From: Candidatus Poribacteria bacterium
GTDB taxonomy: Bacteria; Poribacteria; WGA-4E; PCPOR2b
NCBI GenBank assembly: GCA_965218095.1
Contig: OZ244587.1
Coordinates: 1,216,001 to 1,280,000 of the forward strand
DNA: 64,000 nt
Reading direction: 5' to 3'
The position numbers and the translations under genes were made by a program. The notes beneath the pieces are model-generated. The model saw nothing but the letters and a program-made list of their open reading frames with translations. It had not been told where the DNA came from and searched no databases. Positions 60,245-64,000 of the stretch are shown here, piece after piece; the first letter of the stretch is position 1; each line of letters begins with the position of its first letter.

Positions 60245-61068
60245 GGTTCTGTTGACATTTCAAGGGAGCCATATAAGAGTGGGGACAAAGCTGAGAAATC
60301 CAAAATAACGGACAGCTAGCTTCTCAAACCGAGAGAAGATACGACGATACCATTTTATCTTGTTGATGAAACATTTAACCCGATGTCTCTCTTTGTATAA
60401 GTGTTTGTCATACGTTCTTTGGCCAACACGATGACTTTTGGGCGGTATCACCGCAATCGCTCCATTCGCCTTGATAACCGCGATAAAAGCGTCCGAATCG
60501 TACCCCTTGTCTCCAATCACATATTCACTGTTATATCCGATTATCAACCCTTCCGCCTCAGTTATGTCATGTCTCTGACCGGGGGTCAGATGAATTCTTA
60601 GGGGATTGCCTAGTCCGTCAACTGTGATGTGATTTTTTGTACTGAAACCGCCCCGAGACCGACCTAATGCTTGGTTTTCAGTGCCACCCTTTTTTTTAAG
60701 GCGCCAGCTTTTTAAGGCGCCCGCCGCACACGGGTGAGCGCGGCAGATGGTACTGTCCACAATAAGCGACTCGATATCGGGGTCAGAGGCGAAGTGGGGG
60801 TGCATCTGTGTGAAGATACCTTTGTCGCACCATCGAGCAAACCGCTTGTAGCGGGTGTTCCATTTACCATAGGTGTCTGGTAGAAGTCTCCATTGAGCCC
60901 CACTACGAGTCACCCACAGGACGGCTTCGACGAAGCGGCGTGAGATGGTGGAGATGGTGGGACAGCTAAGAAGAAACCGGTATATCTTATTCCATTGTTC
61001 ATCAGGTAAGGTTATTGGCGTCATTCTTCTATTATGCCACAACCTTATACTCAAATGTCAACAGAACC
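60245..61068 (-). mobile_element. IS5 family (IS427 group-like) element, copy 2, 824 bp
   Basis: Same TIRs as copy 1, TA flanks; net 12 bp shorter (TISTISRRF vs TIYVGDEAATRRF). Confidence 0.92.
60260..61054 (-). CDS. IS5 family transposase (third catalytic Glu appears as Lys)
   Basis: Near-identical to 54402-55208; RHRVKCF instead of RHRVECF. Confidence 0.88.
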   Translation of the reverse strand: MSIRLWHNRRMTPITLPDEQWNKIYRFLLSCPTISTISRRFVEAVLWVTRSGAQWRLLPDTYGKWNTRYKRFARWCDKGIFTQMHPHFASDPDIESLIVDSTICRAHPCAAGALKSWRLKKKGGTENQALGRSRGGFSTKNHITVDGLGNPLRIHLTPGQRHDITEAEGLIIGYNSEYVIGDKGYDSDAFIAVIKANGAIAVIPPKSHRVGQRTYDKHLYKERHRVKCFINKIKWYRRIFSRFEKLAVRYFGFLSFVPTLIWLP

Positions 61069-61116
61069 TAATTGCATTCAAGAATAAATGCCTGAAAGGT
61101 TAGAGGTAAGTTCAGA

Positions 61117-63084
61117 TCACGCTTTCATCAGGTTGTCGATGGCTGTCAAGTGCCAGTTCGGATCTTCCAATGCTTCATACACAACGCCACCCTCGACATT
61201 CCGAGGTGTGGGGAGTCCCAACAGGTAGCAGAGCGTCGGTGCGACATCGATTACCCGCACCTGCCGCTGAAGCGCTACGCCTTTACGGACACCAGCACCG
61301 GATAGAATGAACGTCGAGTGCTGCCCGCCGATACCGAAACTGACGGAGGGGAGTTGTTTGCCGTGTGCGCCGTCAAACTCTGGGTGCAGTGCGTAAACCA
61401 CATCGCCCACCAGATTGCTCGTGAGGTTGACCATCTCAGCGTCAGCGCGGGTGAGTGCAAGCGAAAAGGGGTGCCTGCCGGTCTCTGAGTCCTGATAGGC
61501 GTGAAGGGCGGCGATGAGCTCCTGCTGCGTGGCTTCATAGTCTGCGGAATCGACCATACCGTCCGGTTCACGGCCTTTGAGATTGATGAAGATATGCACC
61601 AAGCCAACGTTGACCGCACGGGTTTTCGACCAATCGATTTCCCGTGTTCCCTCTTTGTACATAATGAAACCGGCCTCCTCCAACACCTGAGCGATGTCCA
61701 CCACACGAAATTGGTTGGGGGTTCCGCCGTGATCTGAGCACACGAGGATAACCGTGTCATCGTCGGCGAGCTCCATCACGCGCCCGATCATCCGATCGGT
61801 CGAAGCGTAAGTCCGAATGACTCCATCACGGCACCGCTGGATTGTCTCAGGAGCGGCACCGCTCACTTCATCGGCCTGACTCAAGAAGAAGTGGCTCGTG
61901 TAATCCGGCGCATGGGTTTCGACCATGAGGACATCCCACTCGCCCGTCTTCGTCAAGTGCTGCGCGACATCGGCGAGTCGCTGGTGGTGGTATTCTAAGG
62001 ACTCGAAGTAGGTGTCATCATCTATTACGCCCAACGCATCCCGACCGGGGTTCTGAAGAAATGAACCGATTTCCTGATCGATCTCTCCCGCGATTTCTGC
62101 AGGGACGGTGTAGCCTTCGCGGGGCCAGATCTGCGGGACGAACAGTTCAAATGCATCGGCATTCGGGGTGAGGGTAATCAGTTTCATACGCACATACCCC
62201 TCCACATCAGCCCCGTCAATCTCGAAGGCGTCAAGCCACCAATCGCTCCAATCACCCACGCCAAGCTCTGAGACAGTATCACTTCCAGACCGACTTCGGC
62301 AGACCCGTACCCGATCATAGCCGTTATCACCGGTGGCGTAGATTAAACAGAAAAAGGATTTTGGCGTACCCTGTTTTCCCCGATTCATGTCCTCCCGACC
62401 TCGCGTCAGCGGCTGAATTGTCAATTCAACCTCGTGTGGCGGTTGCGTTGAATCGGGGAGCTCTGTCCAATCCTTCCCTTGAGCGTCTTCAATCGTCACC
62501 GGATCGATATTGCGAACCGTTTGCAACGCACTTGGATCCAGCGTCTCCGGGTCGCGCTGTCCACCAATCGGGCGTGGCGCCCACTTTCCACCAGCGAAGA
62601 GGTGATAGCCAGCAACTTGATGGTGATTTGATACACCGGGGCCCGTGCCTTCCACCTGAATACCGGTCATCACTGTGGGGGGCCAGGACATCTCCCACTT
62701 GACAAGGATCGGTTTGCGTCCGACGCGCTCGACGAGATTCCAGAGGTATTCCGACTGACACAACTTCGTGTTGATGCCCCAAACGGTCTGATCTAACCGT
62801 TCGCCCAAAGCGCGGATGTTAAAATCCATCACCCGGTGGGTGCCGGGCCATGAACCGGTGGAAAGCGCCGTCCAGCCCGGCGGGGTCAGGGTTGGGAAAA
62901 CGCCGATCATGTGTCGATAAACCCCCTGTTGCATCAACCGAGCCATATTCGGCGCATGCCCCCAGTCAATCATGTTTTTGACCAGTTCCATACTGGCGCC
63001 ATCTATGCCAATGACAATTGCACGTTTCGCCGGAGATATATTCGATACATCAGGATTCTGATACATAACAAACTCCCTTTTCAC
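61117..63084 (-). CDS. Alkaline phosphatase superfamily / type I phosphodiesterase-nucleotide pyrophosphatase
   Basis: IGIDGA, PTLTPPGWTALSTG, SDHGG, INLKGREPDG, DVAPTL. Confidence 0.88.
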   Translation of the reverse strand: MKREFVMYQNPDVSNISPAKRAIVIGIDGASMELVKNMIDWGHAPNMARLMQQGVYRHMIGVFPTLTPPGWTALSTGSWPGTHRVMDFNIRALGERLDQTVWGINTKLCQSEYLWNLVERVGRKPILVKWEMSWPPTVMTGIQVEGTGPGVSNHHQVAGYHLFAGGKWAPRPIGGQRDPETLDPSALQTVRNIDPVTIEDAQGKDWTELPDSTQPPHEVELTIQPLTRGREDMNRGKQGTPKSFFCLIYATGDNGYDRVRVCRSRSGSDTVSELGVGDWSDWWLDAFEIDGADVEGYVRMKLITLTPNADAFELFVPQIWPREGYTVPAEIAGEIDQEIGSFLQNPGRDALGVIDDDTYFESLEYHHQRLADVAQHLTKTGEWDVLMVETHAPDYTSHFFLSQADEVSGAAPETIQRCRDGVIRTYASTDRMIGRVMELADDDTVILVCSDHGGTPNQFRVVDIAQVLEEAGFIMYKEGTREIDWSKTRAVNVGLVHIFINLKGREPDGMVDSADYEATQQELIAALHAYQDSETGRHPFSLALTRADAEMVNLTSNLVGDVVYALHPEFDGAHGKQLPSVSFGIGGQHSTFILSGAGVRKGVALQRQVRVIDVAPTLCYLLGLPTPRNVEGGVVYEALEDPNWHLTAIDNLMKA

Positions 63085-63166
63085 AATTTGACGAAGATAT
63101 GTCGATTTTAATGGGTTTAGGACTGACGCAGTTGGCGTCTAAAGCAATTCCAGGTCTCAACCGGTA

Positions 63167-64000
63167 TCAGGAGGTTTCCGACTCAAACTCCAATCCAACC
63201 CGAATCGCTCCACCCTGTTCGGCCAACGCAAAGGCTTCGTTGATCTGACCGAATGGGAAAGTATGGGAGATGATCTTGTGGAACGGATATTTACCCTGTG
63301 TGCGTTTCAGGAAGTCCAGCGCACGGGCGATGACCCAACCCTCATAAACGATGATGCCCCGGATAGTCCTGCTGCACCGCACAATACTGCCCGGATCGAT
63401 TTCGGTGGGCATCCCGAGATTGATATTCCCAATCCAGAGATAACGCCCGCCCCAACGGAGCATCTCAATCCCTTCGGATAGGACGCGCGGCGAGCCAACA
63501 AATTCAGCGACGAGGTCTGCGCCGGCCCCCTGTGTGTGATCAAGGATGTATTCAACACGGTCTTTTACGGAAAGTTCATCGACGTTGATGAGGTGGTCTG
63601 CGCCAAATTCACGGGCAAGCTCAAGCCGCGTCCGCAGGCGATCCAACACGACGATCTGTCCGGCGCCCATCTCTTTCGCCACAGCCATCGCGTAGAGTCC
63701 GAGCCCACCCGCGCCCTGAATCACCACCGTATCGCCGAGCGTGACACCGATTTGGTTGAGCCCATAGATCACTTCCGACAGCGCACAATTCACCGGTGAA
63801 ACGAGCGCGTCAGGCAGTTCATCAGGGACCTTGAAGATCCAGTGTCCGGGCTTCATGTAGTAATATTCGCCGTAAGCCCCGTGAAAATGCGGGGGCTGAT
63901 CGCTTGGCACACCGAGCCAATCCCGATAGCGGTTGGGACAGCCGGGCTTTCCGTTGAGGCACATCCAGCAGTGATGACACGGCTTGAAATAGGAATAGGT
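63167..64000 (-). CDS. Zinc-binding (MDR) alcohol dehydrogenase, 5'-truncated by window edge
   Basis: CHHCWMC..C zinc cluster, QGAGGLG, FGAD, ISHTFP. Confidence 0.88.
   Translation of the reverse strand, partial: TYSYFKPCHHCWMCLNGKPGCPNRYRDWLGVPSDQPPHFHGAYGEYYYMKPGHWIFKVPDELPDALVSPVNCALSEVIYGLNQIGVTLGDTVVIQGAGGLGLYAMAVAKEMGAGQIVVLDRLRTRLELAREFGADHLINVDELSVKDRVEYILDHTQGAGADLVAEFVGSPRVLSEGIEMLRWGGRYLWIGNINLGMPTEIDPGSIVRCSRTIRGIIVYEGWVIARALDFLKRTQGKYPFHKIISHTFPFGQINEAFALAEQGGAIRVGLEFESETS

Overview
64-kb bacterial window. The gene content (repeated PhyH dioxygenases, a giant LRR/cadherin surface protein, dockerin plus 'LLPNYPNPFNPETWIPY' C-terminal domains) suggests Candidatus Poribacteria or a similar sponge symbiont; this is inference. 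Intact housekeeping genes (livK/H/M, nfo, 2-oxoacid:ferredoxin oxidoreductase, pepA, rfaE2, M48 protease) alternate with many eroded accessory genes. Main observations: (1) a decayed, IS5-bracketed operon pairing a Cys-less (Glu-type) QueD/PTPS with an archaeal-type tRNA-guanine transglycosylase fused to a DUF5591-like domain; (2) a 5277-aa surface protein built from capped LRR cassettes whose variation sits on the concave face, plus 321-bp and 1.9-kb-offset internal duplications and an in-frame REP palindrome; (3) a relic integron at 7.1-10.2 kb (truncated intI, consensus promoter, attI-like site, one canonical attC, cassette remnants); (4) two IS5/IS427-group copies whose frameshift site is locked in frame by a 16-bp duplication; (5) two 1.1-kb DDE IS with 8-bp target duplications interrupting genes; (6) an Nma111-like protease next to an apparently inactive EEP nuclease-cyclophilin fusion. 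No rRNA, tRNA or CRISPR array was recognised. All family calls come from motif recognition by eye, not database searches.
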